Positions 13,155 to 26,120 of a DNA stretch of 64,000 nucleotides are shown here, in pieces (positions within the stretch are counted from its first letter, which is position 1; each line of letters begins with the position of its first letter). The stretch lies in assembly GCF_009914755.1 (NCBI RefSeq), contig NC_060928.1. One strand, 5' to 3'. Origin of the DNA: the human T2T-CHM13v2.0 reference genome, Homo sapiens. Made by a program: the position numbers and the translations under genes. Below the pieces are notes generated by a model that made no database searches, was not told the DNA's origin, and saw nothing but the letters and a program-made list of their open reading frames with translations.

Positions 13155-15150
13155 GATGTTAGGGTAATACTGTTCTCATTGAATGTGTTAATGTTCCTCT
13201 GCTTTTATTTTGTAAAAGATATTACGGAGAATTAATATCGTTTGTTTTTAAAATATTTCTTATAATTGACCAATAAAATTATCTGGCTGTGGTGACTTCC
13301 TTTTTTGGAAGAATATCGATTATCAATTTTATTTCTTTAACAGATATAGGCCTATTTAGATTATTATTTTCCTTTTATAAATTCTAGTACTTTGTGTCTT
13401 TCAGGGAGTTGTTCTATTTTATCTAAGTTGTTAAATGCGTGGACATAGAGAAGCCAGGTATTATTTAATTATCCTTTAATGTCCACTGGATCAATATTAG
13501 TGAACTCTATTTTATTTCTGATATTGGCAATTTGTGTTCTCCTTTTTTTACTTGTTTATTGTGATTTATCAGTTTTATCTTTTCCAAAATAACAGCTTTT
13601 GATTATGTTGATATTCTCTATTGCCTTTCTTTTTTCAATTTTACTGATTACTGTGCTAAATTATATTATTTATTTCCTTCTACTTTCTTTAGTTATGAGT
13701 TGGTTCTCTTTAGTTTCTTAAAGTGGAAACTTAGGTTACTGGTTATAACTTTCTTATTTTCTTTTTTGTTGTTGTGCTCAACTTTTATTTTTTAATTTTA
13801 TTTATTTATTTTTTAATTTTTTATTATTATACTTTAAGTTCTGGAGTACATGTGCAGAATGTGCAGTTTTGTTACATAGGTATACATGTGCCATGGTGGT
13901 TTGCTGCACCCATCAACCCATCACTTACATGATGTTAATGTTATAATATGTTGTTTGTTATATAATGTTATGTACATTATTCTCTAAGAAGTTATTTTAC
14001 TGCATCCCACAAATTATGATGAGTTAAATTTTCATTTCTTTCAAAATGCTTTGAGTTTCTTCTGAGACACTTCTTTTATCTATCTTTTATTTTTAAAGTA
14101 CTGTTCAATTAACATATATTTGAAGATTTTCCAGCTATCTTTCTGTTATTGATTTCTAACTTACTTCCATTGTGATCAGAAAACAAACTTTGTATAACTT
14201 ATATTATTTTAAATATGTTAAGGTGTATTTATAAGAATAAGGTCTATTTTTTGTTCTAAGTGAGCTTGGGAAGAATGTTTTGCAACTGTTGTTGAATAGA
14301 TTTTGTAAATATCAACTAGAGTAAGTTGAATGTATTGTTCAAGCAAACTATCCTTAATGTTATTATGCTTCTCAGATCTATCAATCAGTAAAAGAGGACT
14401 ATTAAATCTCTAATTACGAAAGTTTTAGCAATAGTTTGTCTATTGCTCCTTTCAATTTGTCAGTTTTTGCTTTACATATTTTGGTGCTTTGTTTGTTGGT
14501 GCATACTTACTTAGGATTGTTACATCTTCTTAAAGAATTAATCCCTTTATCATTATATAATGTCTCTCATAATTCTTCATAATTTTCTTTGTTTTGAAGT
14601 CAGTTCCCTCTGAAATTAATGTAGCTGCTCTGTTTTAAAACAATTAGTATCAGCATTGTATACATTTCTCCAGTCTTTTAAACTTTCTGAATATTTACTA
14701 TTTTAAGGTTTTCTATAAAAAACACATAATTTTATGTGTTCTCTCTGTCTTTCAATTGGTGCATTTTGACAACTCTTGCTTGGAGATTACTGATAAGTGG
14801 AATTAATATCTACTATATATAACTTTTAAATAATTCTTGCATGTTGTTTTTTCTCTCATTTTTTCTGATTTCTCTTGATTTCCTTGGGCATTTAATATGA
14901 TTTAGTTTTCTCTCCTCTATTAGCATATCAGTTATACTACTTTTTAAAATGTTAGTGGGTTCCACAGTGTTTGTAATATATATTTTAAACTGATGTAAGT
15001 CACTTTCAAGTAACTAATTACCACTTCCTGTGTAGTATAGGTTTGTTTAATATTCTCAATTCCTTAATGCATCCTTTATGACATTTTCTTTACTCATTTC
15101 ACATATCCTTATGCTATACTTACCCAGTACACTATTACTATTATTACAGC
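13155..15150 (-). mobile_element. Old L1M ORF2 remnant (continuation of the 9.7-10.8 kb element)
   Basis: AGGGTAATACTGTTCTCATTGAATG continues the antisense L1 text broken at GTCTTTATCCAGTTT (~10783). T-rich L1 antisense character throughout. Confidence 0.72.
13782..13930 (-). mobile_element. Very short L1PA 3'-end insertion
   Basis: TTATTATACTTTAAGTTCTGGAGTACATGTGCAGAATGTGCAG...GCTGCACCCATCAACC. Confidence 0.85.
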
Positions 15151-15171
15151 TCTACATCACCATCCATTGAA

Positions 15172-15236
15172 TAAATGAATATATATATTCATTTATATAT
15201 ATTCATATATATATTCATATATATATATATATATGA
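15172..15236. repeat. TA-rich microsatellite
   Basis: (TA)n with TTCA interruptions. Confidence 0.9.
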
Positions 15237-15813
15237 ATCTGAAAGAAGCCTATATCCAATGTACCTCCAGTACAGATAGCAAAAGAAAGCACTTAATTCT
15301 AAGAGCTCTTTAGTGGAATTAGGATTAGAATTTATCGAGCACAAAACTGGGTTATCAATGATACAAAATACTGAAATCAAGCAAGATTGTCACAAACTTT
15401 AGCAAAATTATTAAAGACATAAAAATTGGCTTTAAATCTGTATAATATATCATCTCAATCAACCTTCTTAATAGCATCAATTTAGTGTCTTGAATTATGT
15501 AATTGTATGATAAATGTAATCATCAAAAAGGGATTGAAAACTAAGGACAGACTTATCATTTGCAAGCAGTAGTCTACCATGAGGCATTAACCATCATATC
15601 TATGAAGCAAAGATGAAGCACAGATTATCAAAGCAAGATGGTTATTTTAAACCATATTGTTATTATAAAGAAAATCCTTAAAAAAGAAAAAACAAGTCCT
15701 AGACCTACTGGGGATGAGAGATGGTTTGCTCTATTCCCTTAAAATGTGTGATGTAAACCTGTTACTATCAATCTGCTGACTCAGTAGCAACAGAAACATT
15801 TTTATAAAATTAA

Positions 15814-16097
<284 letters not shown>

Positions 16098-16912
16098 GAT
16101 TCAAACGTAATGTATATATTCCCAAAAGAATCAGGTGATATAACTGTACAGTAGTATTTATTGCCTATAGTAATATTCAGTGACATATTTGCTTTTACTA
16201 AGAGTATTAACATGACATTAGAATTTCCTGAAGTGAATTATTGTATTTGAAGATGATAAAACCTTTATTAGCTATGACTATCTATACAGGCTTATATTCA
16301 ACTTTATATGATTTTGCTGTTTTCTTAGCACTTAATTTTATTAATATATTGTCCTGTTTGAATCTACTCCATTGGAATGTATTTAAACTTAGTTTAAAAT
16401 AAATGCACTATTCATACTTTCTTTTATATAACCATATTATCGCATTTAACTTTACCTATATATATTTACTTTATATTATTTTTCTTGTTTTCCTCCAAAG
16501 TTTGTAGGAAATTACTATTTATCTCAAAATTCTATCTATCCAACTATTCAGTGTTGTTTTTACATGAATACAGTTATGTTTCTTTCCATAAAAATTGAAA
16601 CTATATTTTCAAATTTTCCTCTCTCTCTATATATATATATATATGTTTATACCCAATGAACAGCATTTAACTTTTATCTAGAACTTTTTCTAATTAAATT
16701 AAGATGTGTCTCATACACTGGCAGGCAGCAATCAACTCAGTTAACATGTGAGTTGATTTCTCTCGTTTTACAAATGAAGAAAAATTCATTACAAATTTAA
16801 TCATGGAATACTGAAATTACTTTCATGTAACCTTACAGAGAATAGGAAACAGGGTCAGGTTTAGATCCAAAGACTGTCAGATTCCAAAACTGATCTTTGT
16901 TTAATAGCATAA

Positions 16913-17297
<385 letters not shown>

Positions 17298-20200
17298 ATC
17301 ACTTTTTGTTTATTTCTTCAGAAACATCTCCTTGTACAAACAGCAATTGAACTGAAAACTGTTCTATTTTTCTATGCTTTACTTTGTGTTTACTGTTTAC
17401 CTGTACATTTCTGTGAATTCATAAGCAAGGTGGAGAGAAAGGGGTTAATATGTTCTGCCCCTGAGGAATTACTACCCACAACCAAAATCATAGCTTAGTT
17501 TCTTCTCAAAACACATGTTTGCCATTTTTAATCACAGACTCGGTGATTAAGAATGGAATGAAAAAGAGACATGACTAAGGAGCAATTCAAATAAACAAAG
17601 AATTAAGATGCTGTGATATGTTTACAAAGACTAGAAACATCTGCAATATTCCAACTAAGTACTACAGATAATGTACTCTTTCTTTTAACAAGGGTTGTGA
17701 GCACCACAAAATATCAAAAAATGTTTAAGTACTACAGAGATCCTCTGCTAGTTTTCCTTTGTCTTCTAGCATATGCTACGTTAAGGTTTTTCTTTATTTC
17801 AATGTGTGTGTGTTCACTATTTCTGACTCAGATGCTTGTCTTTACTAAAGAGAATCTATCTTGTATTCGAACAGTGTCATGTTAATCAAATCTTGATGAA
17901 TTATACTTGTCATATAGGACTATTCACTTAGATTACTTTCTATTCAAAAGGAAAATATGCAATGTTATAGTGTCTGATACCAATCACAAAATTTCTCCTT
18001 TATTTGAAAGAGAAATGAAAATGGAATAACTGTCTTCAACTATGATTGTATCAGTCAAGATCCAGTTGCAGAAACTATAAGGCAGTATAGCTGTTTCAAA
18101 AAGGACACTTACTACAGGTAATCGAGTGATTTCTAAATTATTGGAAATGCTATAGAAATAGTAATACCTCACCATGGGCACTGTGACTTCTGCCATAGTC
18201 AGCAAGGTGAAAAGATTGGAGGCCTTCACTGGAATAATTAACTTCACCGACACACCAAAGTAACTGATCCAGCGATGAGGAATTTGCTGTAGCTGCAAAT
18301 AGTATGACTGTGGCTTCTCAACACGTGGACAGGCCACTGGCATACCAGGGTGGACATGCATCCATGGCTCTGTCGACCAGCAGAGAAACAGCTAACACAA
18401 TAGGAAGTCAGCCTCCATAGTATGTTTGCCTGAGAAGTTCTAAGCAGAGGAACATTACATGAAGAAACAAGGATGAGAGGGTGTTTTGGAAAAACAAACA
18501 AACAAACAAACAAAAAACCTCTAAAATGCACATTAAAAGAGAGCTGTAAGATTTCAATGGAGGTTGAATGTCAAGCCACAGTATTGAATACTTTAAAAAT
18601 TCTCATTTCTTGTCCCATTCAAAATCCTCTTCTGAGCCCCCTGAAATCATCACCATTACATTTCAAATGCTGTTTCAGACTATGGAGTCTAAGCCATCTG
18701 TTACTGCTGTTTTTTTCTAATACATTTTTTAAATTTTAGGCACCGTATAAGGTATGACATTGAGTAAACATTCATTGAATACTATCTGAGTGCCAAGAAA
18801 CATGCTAGACACAGAAAAAAACAAAAGTAATCATTTATTTTCCCGGCTCCTGTGGTGTTACGTCAATTGTTACAAGGTAAGTACAAATTTAAAAGAAAGA
18901 TAGATGTTCACAAAGGAAACCAAATAGATTTAACAACAATACAGCAATGACCAAAAAAAAAAAAAAAAAAATATCTGAGACTTCAAATGATTAAAAGGGC
19001 AAAGACATGAATAATTTATGAGAAAGAGAAATACAAGTAGCTAATATAAAAATATAGTAGAAATTCATGTTAAAAGAAGGCACTTCTTTTAGCTCCCTTA
19101 AATGGGTCAGGATTTAAGACATTTTACACTTAAATGTGTGTGTCTCTCCTTTTTGCTGAAAAAAGAACCCTGATATACTTCTGTTTCTATTATATATTGG
19201 TACATCATTTATGGAAAGCAGCTTAACACTGTGTAATAAGGGTGATTAAATGTTTACATTCTTTTTCAAATTTCTGTAATCTGACTAAATATTATACAAG
19301 TTATATCTTTTGTTCACCACTGTATTCTCTGTAATATTAAAGTACTGGACATATATTTACCTTTCAAAAAATTTTGCTGGATGATTGAATGATGATTATC
19401 AAAGCATTACTTATAATAGCAAAATAACCTAGAAAAATCCTGAATGTCAGCATCAAAGGAACAATTACTTTTTGGCTTATTTTTGTGGCAAAATGTTACA
19501 TAGCCAATAAAAGAATATTTATGTCAAATTATTGTAATGACAAGAGAATGTCATTAAATACTAATACAAAATAGTCTTACAGTAGTCTATACTTCATTAT
19601 ATCAAGTAAGTTTAAAATTAAAAATTAAAAAAGATAAAATGTTAGCTGTCAGTAAAGGTGATTACAGTTCCTAGATTCAACTCTTCTGGTAGAACTCTCC
19701 TATTGATAATGAAAGTTGTAGTGCAAATAGTTCTGTATTTTCAAAATTTGTTTATACATTAAAATTCTGGTGAATGTTGACTATTATTCTCCTTAATACT
19801 CCTCTGGCATGACGAATATACATCTTGCATGTAAGTTAAAGGCATTTATTCTTCCTTTTCTCTTTATATTCTAGCATGAAATGCAATGTCAGGTTTATTT
19901 TATGTTTTGAATAGGATATACACAGTCTTTGATCACTACTCATGTTAGTATATTTTTAGTCTGAGATAAGCAGGATACATATATCTAATAAAGATTAAAA
20001 TATGACTAACTCTTGACATATATTTCAACAAAATGTTAGCTTGTCACAAAACAGTTGTTGGACTGAGAAGTTTCTCCAAATTATGGTAGGTAATTACTAG
20101 TTTGTGGCAAATGCCACAATATTCAGAGACCTAGTCTCACATGTGCTATTGCAATTTCCATTCCAGTGGGTTTGCTCACATACTCACATGTACTATATTA

Positions 20201-20789
20201 TGAAGGACTTTAAAGCAAACCCTTCATTTTGTTTCTGCCATAAGTGTGATGTTAAAAAATATGATTCTAGTTTCCATCATGTAGTTTTAGGCTTATTTAC
20301 ATCCACACAGGTTTCACATAATCTTTGGAAATTAAATACTAGTCAGAAAAAATTATGTATATATGAATTATGAAAATTATGTATATATAATGAGTAATGG
20401 ATAATGAAGGAAGAAAGCTAAGTACGAAATAATGAAATCCAGATAGTTTGTGTCAAAGGCTAGAAAGGATGAATATTTAGGGAAAAAAAAAGCTTTTCTC
20501 ACTACACTGTGTTGCCTTGAAGCAAACATTGCTTGCCTTTCTGCAGATTTCAGCAGCAGCAACAAAGACACCAGTGCCCTCATTAAATAGGTGCAAACTG
20601 GCCAGCTGCCCTTAGGCACTGAGTATCCTAGTCCTAAAATCCCCAAGGCTGTATATTGCAATTTAGGGAGATTGTCTCCTTCTAATCATGCTTTACCTCC
20701 CAGTTTAAAATTCAAGGATACAAATGGGAGTGATTAACAGAAGTTCCTGGTAGGTTTTCCATACAAGGCTTATTTCCTATGCTCTAAAA

Positions 20790-21014
20790 CAGAGTCAGCC
20801 TATGATAACCTGTGGGACAAACTGGCCTTGCTTCTTGTTTTTATAAATAATGTTTTATTGGAACACTACCATACCCAACCCATTATTTCTGTAGTATCTA
20901 AAGCTGCTGTTATAGTACAAGAGCAGGAATCACTAGTGTGACAGGGATTGCCTGGCTCTCAAAACCCAAAATATTTACTATCTTGTGTTTAGAGAAAAAG
21001 TTTGTTAACCCCTG
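20790..21014 (+). mobile_element. MER58A hAT-Charlie MITE
   Basis: TTTATAAATAATGTTTTATTGGAACAC...AAAATATTTACTATC...AAAAAGTTTGTTAACCCCTG. The 8-bp TSD is CTCTAAAA/CTCTAAAC. Confidence 0.8.
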
Positions 21015-23459
21015 CTCTAAACTCAGAGACTAACTCCTGGCCTTTGCACCCTCCTCAACACACATTGCCAGTAATGTGTAATGAGCTCCTGAACCAAAAT
21101 AACTAAACATATAAAGAAAGCCATTCTTCAGAGAAAAACAAACTGGATAATACAGGCCATAAGAAGCTAAGCATTTTAACATATGAACAAGAATATACAA
21201 TTAATAAGTGTGCTAAAGATAAACAAATGATTGGTATTGCCAATACAAAATAAAATAAAAATTTCTTTTTGAATAAAGTAGAAATATTAGGCATGAAAAA
21301 GTATGAGTCGAAATAAAGAAAACAAAACATTGTTCACTCGTAGTGTACCTAAGGGATGAATTAATAAGTTGGAGCATCAGATTCTGGAATTTTCCCGAAA
21401 GATAGCAAGAAAAGCTAAAGAGACATGGATGACAGATAACGATCAAATAAGATTTCCCAAAGGAGAGAAGAAAATTGAAGAGAGGAAAATATTTGAAAAA
21501 ATAATGAAGATAGCGTTCCTATTCTGGTGATATATCAGGATATTATTTTACCACTAAAACAACTAAAATTACTGAATTTTAAAGTATTTTCTTAGGAGAT
21601 CAAATAGCTGACATGATAGCAATTAGCATATGATCTAGAGAAAATTGAGAACCCACATAAATAAACTCAATGATGAATTAGTTGTTGCCCTGAGAACATT
21701 TACCAAAGTTTGCAAATCTGAGCTCTGACTATTAAGGTGTGGTAAGATGTGAAAGCTGAGAGAAAAAGGTCAGCTATCTCTGGAGGTATGAAGTCTAATA
21801 GGAAATTTTTCCTATTAAAGCTGGAGCCCTCAAATCCCAAGTTCTCCGTTAAGAGTTAACTAGACATATATATATATATGGACATATGTCTATATATATA
21901 TATATACACACATACACACACACACCCACACTTAGTCACCCTGCCTTCTGCAAAAGACTGTAAATGAAGTTGCCTTGACACTGATTAGACAAGGGTTGTG
22001 GGAGTGGATAAATATGAGAAGTTTAAGCTATAAAGCAACTCTCAAAATCATATTACTAGGTAGGTACAGAAAAAACTAAAACAAAACAAAACCTTATGTT
22101 GCGAATTATCATATTTTATTGTTTTAATATTCACTTTTTCGAGTCCCATTTATTTCACAAAGTAATATTTAATAGCTGGAAATGTGTACTGATTTGTTAA
22201 AGGCTGGAAAGCAGTTGTGACTTAATTACTATTGAATGTACATGAGCGTCGAAGAGGCAGTGTCAGTATGTTAACACACAAACACAGTCAATGATACGGC
22301 ACTCTTCCTTTCAATAAATGCTGCACCCCTTTCAGATGGATTTTCAATATGAAGATGATCTAAGGGTGCCTTGCCCAATTCATTTTTCTTATAGTTTCCT
22401 TTTTATAGATACAGAAAATGACACATAACATCAACTTAGATGAGTGTAAAATAATTTTTTAAATAAAAATTCAAAGAAAAGAGAGTATTTTATTATTTAT
22501 TTAGCAGCATTACTTAGCAATTCATAAAATATTGTTGCTTTTTATTGTTGGCATCTTTGCTTCAATGAAAACAGTAGTGGTTGCAGATGAGTAGTATCCC
22601 ACATGCACCTAATAGAAACATAATCAGATTTTCTTTATAGGGGCACACCTACCTTAAGCCTCAAAGAACACCCACAAATAATTTTTCAATTAAAATAAGT
22701 AGCTTACATTCAAGCATAACTAATCACACAACAAAACAATTTATGATCAGCTAAAATTAGTAATAACAATACAAAGCAGAAACAGACCATTAAATATTTC
22801 TGATATTGAAATTGTCAGACACAAATATAAAACAACAGGAAAACTATATTTAACATTCTTGAAGAAGTAGAAAATAAGTTTGAATATAACTGCAAAGGAT
22901 AGTTATCTATGAAACAACATAGGATAACATTTATGTATAAGAATTCATTCATTAAATTGAAAATCAAATGGATGAGTTTAAAAGCAGATCAAAATAGCAG
23001 AATAAAGAACTTGTGAACTGGAAGACAAGTCAGAAGTTATTCAGAAGTATGCACAGAGAAAACTTAAAAAAAATCAAAGTGACATTCGATACATGGAAGA
23101 CATGAGATGTCCTGGCAAATGTCAGATTTCTTCTAAAAGAAGAATTATATTCACAGTTAAAGCCAAATTTCCATGTAAAAAAAAACTGTGCTAATAAATA
23201 TGGATAGTAATGATTTGAGCCAAAAAATTCATATGAATTGAACTATGTGTAGTATTAAAAATACCCAACTAAGCTATTTCCTTTATATTTCCTTTTTATG
23301 TATGTGCACAAGAATGGCACATGGCAAAAAAATTCTGTCTAAATAAGTCTAAAATTATTTTGAATTTAGAACTGTATTCTTAAAGGAAAAAAATATTTTG
23401 AGAGCAAGGGTACAATAAAATGTTCCTAACAACACCTGCCATTCTAAAGGAAATTCAGA

Positions 23460-23790
23460 AAGATATATATATACACACGCACACATATATATGACTGTGT
23501 GTATATATATATGACTTACAATATATGTAATTGCCTTACAATGTATAATGTAATTATAATCATATAATTATAATGTAATTAAAACCATACATTACAATTA
23601 TAATGTAATTATAATTATACATTATAATGTATAATGTAAGGAATGACTTTACATATATACATATATATACACACACACATATATATGTACATACTTATAT
23701 ATAGCTCTTCTTCCTTCACATTGTAAGGCAATTATACGTGTGTGTGTACATATATAATTGCCTTACAACATAAAGCAAGAATAGCTACAT
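23460..23790. repeat. AT-rich TA/CA low-complexity tract with an inverted repeat
   Basis: TATAATGTAAT units and (CA)/(TA) runs. Inverted arms lie at 23701-23736 and 23753-23788. Confidence 0.85.
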
Positions 23791-24486
23791 AACTCTATAA
23801 GGAGAATTAAAACTGCAATCATAAATGCAGCTTGAACATACCTTTTTTAGTCATCAATATATGAAGCTAACAGAAAATCAGTAATGATACATAAGATTGT
23901 AATAGCATAGTTAACAAACAATCTAATGGATATGGATAGAATATTGCACCCAAGAACCACATAATTAATATTTTTTTCTGAGTTTTCTCAACTTGTTGGA
24001 AGTCTTGAGACAGAACAAGGTGACCATGGGACTGAGTGGGCATGGGAAAGAGAAGAAGGCAATTCCTCTCTTTAGCCCTGAGGCACGACATTATAAAATG
24101 CCTCAGACTGAAAAGCAGTGGTCCATGACTTAGGAGGATGTCCTGGAGTGCAAATGAGGAAAAGTGAATCAAGGAGAAGGAAGTAATCAGCTGTGACTCT
24201 GATAAGAAAAATTTTGGTGTAGTGCTCTGGGTACAACTCTAATTGGAGTGGATTAAAAAAACATGAGAGCAGAGAATTTGGAGACTTCTTTCTATCACAG
24301 ATTACCTGCTTTTAATGTAACACAATAAATAATTAGTAACAAAGGGATGTAGATTCTATGTATCAAGGAAGGTGGGGAAAGGCAGCAGGTTTTGCTGAAG
24401 GAGAGGGCTCTTAGACTAGACTTATTCCGAACTGTAATCATATATTAATAAATAATCTTGTGCTATAGAGAAAACCAAAACATAAA

Positions 24487-24811
24487 TTTTTTGTTTGTTT
24501 TTGTTTTTGTTTTTTGTTTGTTTGTTTTTTGAGGCGGAGTCTGGCACTGTGGCCCAGCCTGGAGTGCGGTGGTGCGATCTAGGCTTACTGCGAGCTCCGC
24601 CTCATGGGTTCACGCCCTTCTCCTGCCTCAGCGTCCCAACTAGCTGTGACTACAGGGGCCTGCCACCATACCTGGCTAACTTTTGGAATTTTCAGTAGAG
24701 ACGGGGTTTCACCGTGTTAGCCAGGATGGTCTTGATCTCCTGACCTTGTGATCTGCCCTCCTCGGCTTCCCAAAGTGCTGGGATTACAGGCGTGAGCCAC
24801 CGCTCCCAGCC
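24487..24811 (-). mobile_element. AluY-like
   Basis: GCTCCGCCTC..GGGTTCACGCC, CACCGTGTTAGCCAGGATGGTC. TSD AAACATAAAT on both sides. Confidence 0.92.
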
Positions 24812-25045
24812 CCAAACATAAATATTTAAAAGTGAATGTGTAATACTTTGTGGGACTAGGTTAATGTAGTATTTTGAGGAATATTTATAGCTTTCAAGAT
24901 ACTTATCAGGAAATAAGAAAATAAAATACTGAATTAAATATTTATCACAGGAAATTGGAAAATAACAGAGCTAGATCAAAGAAATAAAAGATAGAAATAA
25001 TGAAATAATGAAAACTGATTAAGAAGACAAAAATAACAATAACAG

Positions 25046-25372
25046 ATGAAGGCGACAAAAATCCTATCCACTTGTACTTACCAAACCAGTTTTAGAACCA
25101 TTCCAAATCAACGTTGAATTTACATCAGTAACCAAACTTCTGAAATCCAGCCAATCTGCAAAAACTGCCCTCTACATAAGTTAACCTATCTCTAACCCCT
25201 CCTACTTCTGAAAGTTTGCCATCTATTAACTCCATGCTTCCCCAAATCTAAATAAGATGAGTTCTCTGTTTTGCTCAGAAAGACAGTCCTACAAACACAG
25301 CTCCCTCTTGTTTAGCAAGCAGTCCAGTCAGCTATTTGTTTCAGATACTGTGTAAAGTCTTTTTCCATTTAC
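25046..25372 (+). mobile_element. Possible ancient solo LTR (ERV1/MER110-like)
   Basis: TG...CA-bounded segment with CCAAT and TATA-like elements, compositionally distinct from the flanking L1M-like DNA. Family assignment is uncertain. Confidence 0.35.
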
Positions 25373-25869
25373 ACTATATATCTGAAAAATATTTCTATTC
25401 CTTTCCATATGGGGACAGTTGCAAGGATGTTCAGTGCAGACTTACTGTGATGACAAAGGTTTGGAGGAAAACTGGATGTCTATAACTGTGTAAGTGGATA
25501 TTTTGAAATGAATGGTTGTACACATTAAAGTAAACTGCAAAAGTCAGAAACAACAGTTCAGATATACACATAGCGATATGTATAAATCTTAAAAACATAG
25601 TGCTTGGTGAAAAGATAAGAAATAGGATGAGCTATATACACAATATAATGCAATATAATTTATTTCAAAAATACAAGGTAACTACATAATACACATTTTG
25701 TAAGAACACATAGAAACAAAAAGATACACATTTCACTCAGAATGTTTGCCTCTGGGGATGAGGTAAGGAGAGTGAAGAACAATAAGGAAGTACAGTAGAG
25801 TACAGGAAGGTAGAGTAAAGTGAGCAAAAGAGAGTCCAGCGTAAAATAATAGTATAAGGTGTAAATTAA

Positions 25870-26120
25870 GGGGGAAAGTGAGGGGAGAGGAGTGGAAGGG
25901 AGGACAGAAGAGCCTAGAGGAGGGAAGGGGAGAGAAGGGTGTAAAGAAGAAGGAATTGGAAGGAAAGAGAAAAAAAAGGAGAGGGAGAGAGGAAAGGAGA
26001 GGAAATGAGGGGAAGAAAGGGAGGAAAAGGGAGAGGAAGAGAAGGGAGTACAAGGGATGGAGAAGGAAGGGAAGGGAAGAGGAGAAGAAAGGAGAAGAGG
26101 GGAGGAAAGCAGGAAGTTGA
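25870..26120 (+). repeat. Purine-rich (GA) low-complexity tract
   Basis: About 250 bp made almost entirely of G and A on the + strand. Confidence 0.9.
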
